Shown here piece after piece: positions 38,938 through 55,198 of a DNA stretch of 64,000 bases; within the stretch, counting starts at the first letter, position 1, and every line of letters starts with the position of its first letter. The stretch covers positions 62,001-126,000 of the forward strand of contig JAMDHS010000056.1 in assembly GCA_029717555.1 (NCBI GenBank). The letters are read 5' to 3'. This DNA is from Peribolospora baueri (lineage: Eukaryota). The notes under the pieces were generated by a model that was not told the DNA's origin, made no database searches, and saw only the letters and a program-made list of their open reading frames with translations. Made by a program: the position numbers and the translations under genes.

Positions 38938-41900
38938 ATGTCCGCCAATTACCCCACACCGTCGCACCGGGGCGGGGGATGGGCCCATGACCCTAACGCA
39001 GGCGTCCATCCACAATCACAACATCAACACCACCACCAGCCGTCACCCTGGGCCCCACCGCAGGACGCACAGCAGGCGCCGATGTACGGGCAGCAAACGT
39101 CGATGTATGGCCAGCAGCCGGACATGGGCAATCAGGACGCCCATATGTTCTCCCAGCAACACCACCTCCAGCAGCAGCAGTACTACCAGCTGCCAGCGCA
39201 CGACCAGCAGCCCCAGCCAGGTCAGATACATCACAACCAGGCGTCCACCCAGCACCAACCCACTCCGATCGCCGCCGCTCAGCAACAGCAGTTCTACCCT
39301 CCCCAACCGCATGGACGACATCCCCTCCCCGTGCATGCGCCTTATCAGCCCCTCGAGCAGCTGCCGTACCATCTTCATCCCACCGCCGCGACGACGGCTC
39401 AGCAACATTACGACCAGATCTCCTCGCGCTCGGCCCCACGAGACATCGCTCACAAGCGGGCGCCTGCACCCACGACGACCGTGACGGCGACCAGGAGACA
39501 CAAGAAGGGCGCGACCGCAGGAACGGCGAAGGGATCCGGGTCGGCAGTGCCGTCCGGTTCAGGATCTGTGCCGTCCACCTCCTCCGGCGCGGCGGTGGAG
39601 GGCGCGCAAGATGGAGCAGGGGAGGGGTATGAGGAGGGGGTCGCAGAGGGTAAGGCGCCAGGGACGGGGACTACGAGCGATTTTGTGAAGAAGCTATACA
39701 AGTAAGCTCGTGTTTGCATTTCTGCCTTTCCTCTTTGCGCGCGCGATCGAATGGGTTGGAGTCGTAGATTGGCCGTCGATCCTTTCCAATGGCCTAGGAA
39801 GGGAATTGGTGGACCTGACACTCCGTCTTCTTTAACCCCCGTCATCACTCGGTAGGATGCTTGAAGACCCCTTGTATGCGCATGTTGTTTCCTGGAATTC
39901 GACAGGCGAATCTTTCATCGTCAAGGCAAGTCTTTCCTCGAGTTGTTCGTGCCGTGGCTGTCGCTTTTCGCAAGTCACTCATCATCTTTCAACCCTGACC
40001 TCGCCTTGTTGTTGGTCCGCTCCTGTAGGATATGAACGACTTCACCAAGTTGGCTCTACCTCGACACTTCAAGCATTCGAATTTTGCGTCATTCGTCCGT
40101 CAGCTCAACAAGTACGATTTCCACAAGGTCAAGAGTGGGGAGGAAGGTGCTTCCCAATATGGAGAGCACGTGAGTATTCGCCGTGTCCCTAGTCTTTGCG
40201 TTTTTTATGGTCATGGGGCACCTAACGGGCTCATAAATATGTTTTCCGCGCCGACATGCTTTGTACGACTAGAGCTGGGAGTTCAAGCACCCCGATTTTC
40301 AGTGCGACAAGAAGGAGTTGTTGGAGAACATTAAGGTACAAGCTTAACGCCGCCGATAAATGCTCTTCACACGCCTTATTAACCGTCTTCATCTTTTTCC
40401 GTCTTTTTAGCGTAAGGTGCCATCACAGAAAAAGGCGAAGTTGCTGGATGCGGGGTCCGATGGCGCGCAAGAGGGTCCATCTGTACCGCTCTCAACTCCT
40501 TCCACCGAGCTTGCTCAGGCCGCCACCGCTTACAACGAGCTCAAGGCACAGGTGGAAAGCCTGACGAGAATTCAGGACACGATGAACACCCATATTTCGA
40601 CTCTTACCAAGAACTATCAGGGTGTCATTGGCGAGATGTTGACTTTCCAGAGAAACATGATCGTGAGTTGCTGTCTGCTGTCTGCTGTTTGCTCGGCTCC
40701 TCGGGTTCTCTCCGGTTTAAGTCGTCCAGTGCTGACGGCCTCCTGCTATAATCCGGCGCGTCTGTGATCCTCATCCTCCAGGCGCAAGATCAACTTATGC
40801 AGAATCTCATACAATATCTCGCCAACCTGGAGGCTGGTGAGTCGTTGGTTGTGCTCGCCTTTCGTCTATGACAATCCGTGGCTCACGGCTTTCTCTTGTA
40901 CCTCGATGCCCACAGACAGAAAGGTCGATACCTCCATCGCCGCAGGGGGCAGTGTCTCCAGCATTGAGAGCACACCCTTCGTGCCGTCGGACGAAGCTCA
41001 GGAGCTCATCACGTCATACACAGACGTGGCTCGTGCCAGTTTTGCCCAGATGAACGAGATCGCACGAAGAGCATCCCTCTCCAACTTTATCGGCCCGTCG
41101 CAACCGAACCACCATTCGTCTCACCCGCAGTTGCCGTCGTTGGATCAGCAGTCGCATGACCAGCACTTGTCCGACTTCCATGCTCCGTTCGACGACTCCT
41201 ACCAGCCGCATACGACCTACCAGTCAGCCCCTCACTCGGCCGCGAGTGCCGAATTTTCAAAGTCCCCTCAAAGCGCAGATTCCGCCATGTCAGCGGCGGA
41301 CACGCCCCATGACCTGGCCTCTCATCACCAGTCACAGGGTCAACAGCAGCGTCCGCACGGTCTGCCTCCGCATCAACACCAGCAGCATTCGTCGAGCTCG
41401 ATTAGAGCGGAAGGGCCACCGAAGGTACCTTCCTCAGAGACCGACGGCGGCAAGCTTCCGGCTTTTTACATACACCCGCCGCACTCCAACTTGTCTGATA
41501 ATACGCAAGACATGTTGGATCCGCTCGGTTCGGCGGGTGAGGATCCCAATGCTGCCAACGCGGCGGGAAAGGGCGGGTTGCGTGTGTTCACCGTCGGGAC
41601 ATTGATGCCGAAGAGGGAGTCTGAGGATCCTTCCTCTCCTCAGCGAGCGAGTCCCGGCGCGGGAGCGAAGGGCGCGTCGACTGGCGGAAGACGAGCGAGC
41701 GCGACTCCGAGAGGGGATGACCAGCCCTTCGGGATCATGGTCCCGCACCTTGACGAGCTTCCGAGCAGTATGCCGCGACTAGACGCGACCACACCGCAAG
41801 CCAGTCCTAGCGGCGCTGGTGCCACGGCAGGGGCAAACCCATTTCATCCCCAGCAAAGCAAGGATGGGACAAGAACAACGCCTGATGAAACGGAAGAAGG

Positions 41901-43110
41901 CTATGACAGCGGTACCAAGACCTTGCGCGTGCGCCGCTCCACCTACGTTCCCGGTTGGGCGGTGCCACCCAAAGTGCTCCTCGTGGAGGATGACGCGGTT
42001 TGCCGTAAGCTGAGCTCCAAGTTCTTGCAAGTGTTCGGGTGCGAGATCGATGTCGCTGTCGATGGCGTGAGCGCCGTTAACAAGATGAACCTAGAGAAGT
42101 ACGATTTGGTGCTCATGGTGAGTGATGTGAATCATCATTCGCGTTGCTGAATGAAGCGGAGGGCATTGTTGGTCACCCTTTGGCTGATGTCTCTTGTACC
42201 CTTCTGATTCCCCTTCTGCGGTGGTTCACAGGACATTGTCATGCCCAACCTCGACGGCGTGTCAGCCACTTCTCTCATTCGGCAATTCGATCCCATGACG
42301 CCCATCATCTCCATGACGTCCAACTCGAACCCGAACGAGATCTTGACGTACTTTTCTCATGGTGAGTCCGCGGCTGGGGATTCGCGAAAGCCTATCGTCC
42401 TCGGCAGGTGTTCACTGTTTCCCACGATGCGCGTCCTCGACCTACAGGCATGAACGATATACTCCCCAAACCTTTCACAAAGGAGACGCTGTTGAATATG
42501 CTCGAGGTGAGTGTTGTCGATTTGCATGTGTGCCATTAAAGGCGCAATCTCGCCTCACTTCTCAGCTTTCCTTCCTCTGGCTCGTTCCTGTCCACAGAAA
42601 CACCTCATCCATCTCAAGACGATGAAGCAAATGGCGGAGATCCCGAAAGCGCTCGGGTTGCCTCCATTATCGGAGGATGTCCTGCAAGAAGCACTTACGA
42701 CGGCCGCCGCGTCGTCGCATGCGAATGGAGGAAAGCCGCCAACGCCGCTGGCAGCCGGACTTCATTCTGGCAGCGCGGAGTCCGGCAAGGAGGCCACGCC
42801 GCAAGGCGAAGAGGTGGTCAATCCGCTGGCCGGCATGGGCTTCAGCGACGATGAGTACGTGACCATGCTTCAGAGCCTCATCGCCGCCGGCGCCGTCTCG
42901 GACAATTTCTCCAACCCGGCCTCTGCCGCCGTCTCTGCCAGTCTCGGCAGCATGGGGTCCGGATCTTCTTCGGGCAGAGGCAACGTCGGCAATGGCGGTG
43001 CGCCCGGACCGAGCTCGCTCAAGCGCCACCCTTCTAGTGGGATGCCTAGTGGCGTTGAGACGGAGCGTGCTGAAGGGCGCAAACGAAACAGGTCTGAAGA
43101 GATGGCATGA
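38938..43110 (+). CDS. SKN7: Skn7/Prr1/SrrA response-regulator transcription factor (HSF DNA-binding + coiled coil + receiver)
   Basis: [59 protein letters not shown]; receiver [50 protein letters not shown] with the phospho-Asp intact. Confidence 0.95.
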
Positions 43111-43779
43111 TCGCGAACGCGCGCACCTTGGCGGGTGTAGACGGATGGATAGCAGTACATGGACATTTTTTCTTCGTTATCTTGGGCTTTTTTTTCGCTT
43201 TGTGCTTTGCTCGTTCTAGCTCAGGTCTCTCCAGTCACCCGTTCCCTCCTGCCTAACATACTGGTCTCCCGCCGCCTTCGTCTGCCAGTGCGGCATTCTC
43301 GGCGCTTAGTCCCTTCTTCCTGTCCTTTTTCATACTCGGGTCTTACTCGTGGTGTGTGTGCGTGTCTCTCGTGCGCTTGGGATAGCTTCACCCTCGTCGG
43401 CTCTTATCTCATCCTCCGGCCTACTTCTTTAGTTGTCACATCTGCTTTCCCCAGCCTTTTCTTCCTCCCCCCTGCTCCTCGGTCGTCGGATGGTCCGCCC
43501 TCACCCTTGATTGGTGCAAGGGAGGCACGTAGATGTTCTGCCTGTATCACCATTTCGCTCTCCACCTCGGTCTCGGTTCGGTTCGGCGCTGTGCTGGTGC
43601 CACATGTCATGTCGTGTTGTGCCTTATTTAGTATGAGAAGATCATGCTTGCCCTCCTTTGCTCGTGTCCTTTCACTCATTCTCTCGTGCCACGACGCCCG
43701 ACGCACGAAGTCGAGGTAACGGTTGTTAGCCAAGCGGCAAAAATATGTGGGGTGGCAAGCGCAGAAATAATTTATGTCC

Positions 43780-43894
43780 GCCGGAGTGGCCCAGCGGGTA
43801 GAGGCACGGTCCTTATAGAGTCGCATTTCCCCTTTTGGGAAAGCGTCTATACACTGCAAGGCCGCAGTCGTGGGTTCGAGCCCCACCTCCAGCA
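43780..43894 (+). tRNA. tRNA-Ile(UAU) with a 41-nt intron (43818-43858)
   Basis: Acceptor stem GCCGGAG/CTCCAGC+A; D stem GCC/GGC; anticodon stem CGGTC/GGCCG with loop CT-TAT-A^A; T arm GTGGG-TTCGAGC-CCCAC; T5 at 43902-43906. Confidence 0.93.
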
Positions 43895-43901
43895 CTCCAC
43901 A

Positions 43902-43906
43902 TTTTT
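43902..43906 (+). terminator. Pol III oligo-dT terminator of the tRNA
   Basis: TTTTT a few nucleotides after the discriminator base. Confidence 0.7.
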
Positions 43907-44186
43907 GACATATTTACCCACGTTTCTTTCCACAGCCGTAACTTGCGCACACAAAAGCGTATTTACTTATTTTTTTTTCTATTCTTTTTGTCGCCGAGTC
44001 CCATTCCGTTCCTCACTGCCACTCCGCCGGTTTCTAAAACCTTCTCAAGCGCCATCCTATGTTCGAAAACGTTGAAATGGGACAAAACTACTGTACACGA
44101 ACGGCTTGCGAGCAAGGCCAATGGTCTAAGGTCCTATCCTATCGGTACAATGGGTGGAGGCAAGTCTGTCCCGGATGTCGCCGTTT

Positions 44187-48012
<3,826 letters not shown>

Positions 48013-48257
48013 GCTCGCTTTTTCCGTCGATCCATTCGCAGACGTGGTGGCACGCGTGATCGTGAATTCGCGGGACGCCGACGCGCCTCGGGACGGCCCG
48101 AGGAAAGAGCGAAGGTAGTCCAGCTTGGCTGCGGGCTCCAATCCGGAGCCCTGACCATGTGCGGACAAGACGGAAGAGGGGGGTGAGAGGTGTATGGGCG
48201 ATATGACGAGCGGACAACTGGCTGCCGCTTTGCCGTCCGCCGAGCGCTGGACTGCTT

Positions 48258-48344
48258 GGGAGGGAGGGGGGGGGGGGGAAAACCGAAAGCACGTGACTTT
48301 GCCACTTGCGATGCGAGTCGCTCTTTGCACGTGAGCGCACGTGA
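48258..48344. promoter_or_regulatory. G-tract plus three GCACGTGA E-boxes in the divergent MYST/small-gene promoter
   Basis: CACGTG at 48290, 48328 and 48338, each as GCACGTGA; G-rich run at 48258-48278. Confidence 0.6.
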
Positions 48345-48419
48345 TCTGGTCATTCCACCCACTTTCGTTCCATCCAGTTGAGCGCATGGTGTTCACATCA
48401 CGAACACGGCATATCAAAG

Positions 48420-48827
48420 ATGTCATCCGCCCCACCACCGACAGCGGCAGAGACAGCAGAGCTGGAAGCGCTGCGCACCATGCGCGCGTCGCTGCAGTCG
48501 CTGAAATATTTTTCCGACGGTCTGTTGAAGGACTTGGAGGTCGCGAGGGCTAATTGGCGCGGTCTGGATGGTGAGCGCGTAACGAACGCGCTGCTGTGTT
48601 CAGGACGAGCGAGGCTGATCGTTTCGGCTAAAGGCCAATTTTCCGCGAACGCCGTCCGGATTGACAAGTCCGTTTCTTTTCTTTTCTGCATCGCTCTTTG
48701 AATCTCGTCAGAGGTTAGCCGAGCGTATTCGGACATCCGGTCGACGACGAGCGCGAGTGCAGGTGCCGAGGCGACTCGGAGCGGAAACTCTACTTCGGCT
48801 GGTACTGGCCGTACCAACCCATCCTGA
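48420..48827 (+). CDS. Small (88 aa) coiled-coil protein, tentatively DASH/Dam1-complex Duo1-like; exons 48420-48570 and 48712-48827
   Basis: ATG in AAAGATG context; GTGAGC donor; pyrimidine tract + CAG acceptor. Product contains AELEALRTMRASLQSLKYFSDGLLKDLEVARANWRGLD|EVSRAYSDI, whose heptad spacing resembles my recollection of the Duo1 domain. Confidence 0.5.
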
Positions 48828-49386
48828 TGCGCATGGACAAAGGAAGAATGTCGCCGCCGTTTGTTTGTGAAATCGACACTTCGGTCCTTTAAACCGGGCG
48901 GCACGCAAGTTGATAGATAGATGGCCGCTTCGGCGACGTCGTGGTCGCCGGCCGTCGCCCTGGAGTCGTCTTCATATACAAGGATAGCCTGCAGGACTTA
49001 TTTCGGACACGTGCTGCGCGTCCTCTGCACTCCCGGCTACGGACCTCGGCAGACTCCCATCTCAAGCGTCACCTGCCGGCCAGCCAGCCAGCGTCGACGG
49101 ACACCAGAACTTGGCGTGTCCCACAACCCATCTCAGCCGTTCCGTCTTCCGATGCACTTTGGGAACGGACGATGCGCACGGCACGGTAGACATCCCGCTT
49201 ACGCTCTTTCCTCGTCAGCGGCCATCCGACGCGCTCGGGACTACGTGCAAACGAACGAGATGTATTCATGGTATATAGAAATGGAATGATGGCCCCCAAT
49301 TTATGCCCGTTAGTTCTAAGATCCCGATCCGATCATTCTTGTCTCCGTCGCATCGCCAGCGTGAAACCCTGCCAAAGTTCGCCCCA

Positions 49387-51623
49387 TCACAGTCCCTTGA
49401 AAACGCCAGTCGTCTTGCCAACCGTAAAAATCCCCTCGTCGTTCCGTCCGCCGAGCGACTCCATAGGCACCTCCGCAAACCCGACCTCGGGCCTGTTTTG
49501 ATCCCTGTACATAGTCAGCTTGACCGTCTCGCTTGGCTGGTCACGCAAGGACGGGTCGGAGGATTTGGACGGGTCGGAGAGCTTGTAGGTGGGGGAGAGG
49601 GAGACGTCCAGTAGCTGGGTGCGAAGCCAAGCGGTACGAAGCTTCCGAGGCGTCTCCGAAGAAGAAGGAGAAGGAGGCAAGGCGCCTCGGAGTTCCACCT
49701 CGACCTCCACCTCGCTAGTCCCATCCGCACTCGCCCACCTGCTCGTCCCCGCCCGCACAGAGCCGTAGCCCGGTCCCTCGCGCCGCTCAATCTCACCGAC
49801 GAGGGCAGAGATAAACTCGACGATCGGACGCGGCGACCACCGCGTCGGGCGAGTGCCCGTCCACCAGCCGAGATGGCCTCCGCCGGGGGTCGTGACGAGG
49901 ACGATGTTCTGGTTCGCTTTGTGGGCAGAGGGGCCGTCCGGCGTATCTTTGTCCTTGGCACTACCATCCATTTCTCCTACCCCATATCCCACCCTACCCG
50001 CCTTGAGTTCCGACGGCATGGGCTCGCCGCCGAGACCCATGGTCCTCCTCACTCCGGCGACGACCTTGCCAGAGACGACGGGATCATCCAAAGCATTGAG
50101 ACACAACAGAGGCCGGCGCACGCCCTCGAGGAACCTGATGCTGCTGGAGTGGGCGTAGTAGTCGTCGGCGCCGTTGAACGGGAACTCTCCCAAGGGCCTG
50201 CTCAATCCGCCGACCTTGGAGGTGAAAACGTCGTCAAAACTCCTGAGCGTGTGCGAGGGCTTGCGCCCGTCCGGAGTAGGGAGGATAGCGGCGAGGGGCT
50301 TGTCCATGACGGGGCAGAGCGCTAGCGCGGGGAGGTGATGCGAGACGACTCGGCTGTGGGAAGGGGAAATAAGAGAGGGCGAGGATAAGGCTAATCGTCG
50401 CACCGCATCGCATGCATCGCGAGGAGACAAAACTCACGTCAAGTTTGACGCCATCGTCTTGCTATACACCTTCTGCATCCAACCGCCATTCTCGAGCTCG
50501 TCGCCGGCCAAGACGTTATCCCAAGGATTGCCGACGACGACGGCGCCCTGAAGCGGCGTGTCCTCGCCTTCCTCGCCGACGTACTTGGCGAGGATGTTGG
50601 CGCCGAGGCTGAAGCCGAGGCCTATGAGCGGACTGTCGGGGAAGCACTTTGTGAGGTAGAGCAGCGCGCAGCGAACGTCGGCCGTCTTGGATGCTGAGTA
50701 GAGGGAGCCGGAAGTCAATGGGGTGCCTCCCGTGCCGCGCGAGTTCATGACCACACCTGTGAGAAATGGGATCCCGCGTCAGCCTGCGCAAGAAGAACCG
50801 AACCAAACGAGCGAAAGCGGTGGGTGGCCCAGCTCACCTCGGAAGCCACATCCTCCTTCTTCCTTGGGTGCGGTCAACTTGGAGAAGCAAGAACTTATAT
50901 AAGTCTCCAACACTCCCGATTCGCCGCCGCTGAGGCCGTGCAAGCAAAACACGGTCGGTATCTGAGCGTCTGAGCCGGAGACGGAAAGCGGAGAGGAGGA
51001 GGCGTCGCCGTTCGATTGGACGCCAGGGTGGGGAGGGGCGAGGCGTGGGGGAACGAAGTCGAGGGCGAGGGTGCCTCCGTCGGGGCAGAGCAGAACGCGG
51101 CTGAAGGCGTGGTCGCCGTAGGTGGAGAAGAGAAGTAAGGCAGAAGGTGAGAAGAAGAGAATAGACGGAGGGATCGAAGAGAGATCGATGGCCAACGCAC
51201 CGCTCGAACGTCGCCTTCGTCTTGCTAGAGTCGCCCAGGACGCAGTAAAGGGTTTGCAAGTGACCGCTGGCGTGCGACGACCGAGACGGCGAACGGGAGG
51301 ACGTTTGGTGAGCACGCCCATCGCCACGTCCGCCGAGCCGCGGGGCTCCACCGAGCATACGCCTGCCTGCCTCACTTGTTCAACCACCAGGTGGGCTCGA
51401 AGTGACCGTCGACGAGGCTGGGACACTGCTTGGCGACGAGGGCGCGCAAGTCGGTGCCGTTGTGTGTCTCCTGGACGTCCCTTCCATTGCCGTTGCTGTC
51501 TGCGCAGGCAAACTCGACATTGACCCTCGTGGCCGACGCGGGGGCAAGGCCGAAGGGCGCTAGCAGCTTGGAGGGCAGGCTGGCCAGTGCCGAGAGGTAG
51601 GCAGTCATGATCGATCCGAGCAT
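49387..51623 (-). CDS. Alpha/beta-hydrolase, EHT1/EEB1/MGL2 (ABHD1-3) family, multi-exon
   Basis: FEPTWWL|..GHLQT; PDGGTLALDF; LHGLSGG; VMNSRG; nucleophile GFSLGANILAKYVGEEG; LRSFDDVFT; NALDDPVV; GGHLGW. Confidence 0.92.
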
Positions 51624-52968
51624 GCGCTGCGAGAGAAAGCGGACGAACGAGGGCAGTGGCAGCAGGCGAGCGAGTCTAGAGAAGAAGAAGGGAGTGAGAG
51701 CAAGAGTGGGCGACGTACGGGCCGGAGGATGGAGATGGATGCGAGCGCTGGGGCTCGAGCACGAGCGGCGATGCGGATGTTAGCACCGGCTACGGCGTCG
51801 GCCGACGCCGGCGTCCGACGAGGCCGAAGAAGGAGGAGTGCGTGCACGAGCCAAAGCTGGTTTCCTTGGTTCCCCGGTTGCCCAGGGCAACGGTCAAGAT
51901 GATCGCGATCTCATATGTCTCGTCCCGGCCGGGCACTTCCCGGGTCTGATCTGACTGCGACAGTTTTGGCAACGATCGGAGGATTCGGCCCTGCCTTGGC
52001 CCTCGCACAGACAGATGCCGGGCGGGCCGCCCGTAAGCGTCCGCTTGCCAGGACAGGCGGAAGTGCGCCTAACGCCGAGAGAGAGACGCCGGCGGTGGTC
52101 GTCGGTCGGAGGAGAGTTCCGCTGACACGGCTCACGTCTTCCGTGCGTCGTCGCAATCTGCGACCTGCGACCTCCGTCGACGTCGAATCACGCGTGGAAT
52201 ACGGAGGAAGCAGAGCGAGACAGGAGGGAGGGAGAAGGAGGGGAGGAGGGAAAGAGGCAAGGAAGGAAGGAAGGAAGGGACCATCCATCCGTCTCGGAGA
52301 CGCATTGCCGAGAGCGAGCTAGCTGACCACAGCACCACCGTAGCTGCCCGGCCCGCCCTGCCCCTTCCTCCTCGCCTCCAGGGGCAGCCGGGCCGGGACG
52401 ACGTCGTAAGCCCGTCGAGGAAGAGAGAAGAGAAGAGAAGATGGATCAGATCAGATTATATCGTCTTCAGGTGTCAGTCAAGCTGCTGCTCATCGTACCT
52501 TCTTCACTCCGCTTTCACTCTCCTCTCGCTATACGTCCACCCGCGAACACCCTCGCTCCGCCCCTCCCTCTCTGCGCGCTCATTTCTTCTTTTCCTCTCT
52601 CCTTCTCTCTCCTAGTCAGCGCTCATCGGCATCGCCTTCATCTCGTCATCTCGCCCTGTCCACACCGCAGGCGCACGGCGTCAAGCTCACTCAGCTGGAC
52701 ACGGGCAGCACAAAGACCGCTTCGAATCACGTAGGCAAGCCTTGGTCGCTACGCCCCTCCTCCACCTCAATGACGACCTCGTAGTCTCCCACTTGATCCA
52801 CTCTTTCTTACCGACTTTACGTCCTGAGCAGCCCTGGCGGCAGACGTCAAACAAGCCGAGGTCTACGCTACGTCACACGCGCCCTTTCTCGTTTCCAGCG
52901 GCCCATCCGTTCTCGCTCCTGTCTCGACCAAATTCGCCACCATCTCGGCCCACCGTCAGCCGTCGGTC

Positions 52969-55198
52969 ATGTCGGCACATGCCCCACGGCGACGGTGGGA
53001 AGAATTCTCGCTTTCGTGGAAGATCGGCGTCTTCGCTGCCTTGTTCGCTGGAATCGGCGTTGCGACCGCTCTGGTCAGAACCCTGTTGGCATGCGTAAGT
53101 CCCACTCCGGCTCTACCGCGTGTCGTCAGCCGAATGGCTCCACGTGCTGACCATCGATCGATCGCGTCCATCGTCGTTCCTTATCCTTATCAGCTCGTCC
53201 TCGGTCGAATACAATGCATCTTTTGCTTCGCCGTCGTTCTCGCGTGCGCCTGTTATCTCCCTCTCCTCGACCATGCCATGACGTTCGGCACGAGCTTGGT
53301 GGTCGTGAAGAGGGTGAGTGTCATCCTGCATGCGCTCAAGTTCGTCTCTGATGGTCTCCACCGAGTGCCATTCGCTCAAGGACCCCTCTCCATGCGCCCT
53401 ACCATCACTCCAGAATACTTCCTATCCTCTTAGCAAATGTGACGGCGCTAGCCCCCCACCCCTCACGCAGCCCAGCGTTCGACCCTCGCCTTCGCCCATC
53501 GTTCGTCGGGATGATCTCTCACGATCACCACGCAGTCCTACGCCGGCCAACCTGTCTACGTCTAAACCCCCCGCCGTCTCTGCCAGCTCCTCCCTTTTAT
53601 TCCGCTCCCCCGGTCCCTCCAGTCCGCCCTCTCGCACAAAACTTGTGCGCACTCCCTTGCCCATTCTGCAAGACGCAGACAGACTTTCTGTTTCGTCAGC
53701 GTCTGATGAGCACGCGACTCTGACGGCGGCCTTGGCACGGGTACCCAAGTCGAGCGAGGGGCGCGATCGCCAGTACCGCTCCGAAGGGGCCGGCCCGTCC
53801 TTGTCTCCGGACGACTCCTCGCCCGTCGTCCAGTCTCCGACGTCAGACGGGGAGGGCAAGCGTGAAAAATCGCCTAAACGTCTATCGTGGCTTCAGAGCC
53901 CTCTCCTGGGCGGAAAGGCGAGGTTAAGGAAGTCGAGCGAGGAGGAGAGGGAGGAGAGCAAGGGAGAGTCGCCACCTTTCAGTCCTTTTCCTGTCCCTGC
54001 GCCGCATTCGTCCCACGAAGGCTTTTCAAACCTCGGTTTGCATGTTCACCCCGACGTCGGCAGCAGCCGTGCGGCCGCCTGGCGCCCGGACGGACCATCC
54101 TCTCTTCGCCTCTTTTCCCACCCTGACGTGTCGTCCCCGTCGTCGGCTCTGGAGGCGACAACGGCTGACGCGGGAGGTACGCTCTTTCCGCTCTTGCCCA
54201 AGAGGATGCTCTCCCTCTCGCGTCGCAAGTCTCGCTCGCCTCACAACGAGGCTTCGACTTGCACGCTCCCCTCCATGGCCGCCCTCGACGACGATGCCCT
54301 CTCCAGCGGGAGCGCCAGCCCGTCCACCAGTCCCTTGCTGCATCCCACCGGCCTCCCTTCTTCCACTCCAGGCGAATGGACCGCCACCTATTTTACCAAC
54401 CCTTGTGCCAATCGCGCCCTCTTCCCCACCAAAGCGGCCGCTGCCGCTCTGCGCTCTCCTAGATGCTCTCGACGACCGGCGTCGGCAGACTTGTCCACCC
54501 TCCTCCGCTCGTCCTCCTCATGTTCTTCCTCACCCCCAGCGCCATCCTCCTCCCACGCTCGTGCACAGGCCGCCGCATCGAGCGGCAGCAGAGCCGCTCA
54601 GGACAGACATGCGGTGTGGGAGAGGGCGCGCGAAGAGTGGGATCGTGAGAGGACGGCTGCGGCTGCGGCTGCGGCTGAGATGATGGCCGATGCCCACGAC
54701 AGAGGGCACGCGTATACGCGACTGCGAAGGTTCTCGGACGTGGCACCAGTTTCGTGGATGGCGACACCGGTGGGAGAGAGGGAGGGGGAGAGCGCACATC
54801 AGAATCAGAGCAGAAGGCGCCAGCGGCGCAGGCGGACCGAGTTTGCCGGAGGGACGCAGCTCATGCCCGTCCCCAGTCTGGGCGACCTGGAGCGAATTGT
54901 GGCCGCCGAGGAGGACGCGAGCGGGGGTGGGGATGTGCGGAGCGAAGTGGGCGGCCGGGCTCACCCACCGTTATCGCCCGGACGCGTGCTCCGCCATGAT
55001 GGGGGAAGCGGGGCCGGTATTCTCGATGGCGGTTCGCCTAGCCCGGACGAGGTCGTAAGTGACGGCATGATGGACGTTCAGCGCAGGGCGGCTGTAGCCC
55101 TCTCCAACCTGCGCTCCAAGACTCGACGCCACTCCACCGAACTTTTCGCCGCATTCAAAAAGGCCGCCTGGAGGCCTGACGGCGGCGCTCAGTCCTGA
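52969..55198 (+). CDS. Hypothetical protein: hydrophobic N-terminus plus long Ser/Pro-rich disordered region; exons 52969-53094, 53194-53313, 53381-55198
   Basis: GTAAGT and GTGAGT donors join in frame to a >600-codon open frame, followed by a pyrimidine-rich 3' region. No recognisable domain. Confidence 0.65.

Noticed and set aside
1105..43894. tilS and tRNA-Ile(UAU) in one window as an AUA-decoding system
   Set aside because: They are 40 kb apart and act in different compartments, and TilS acts on CAU tRNAs rather than UAU. Probably coincidence.
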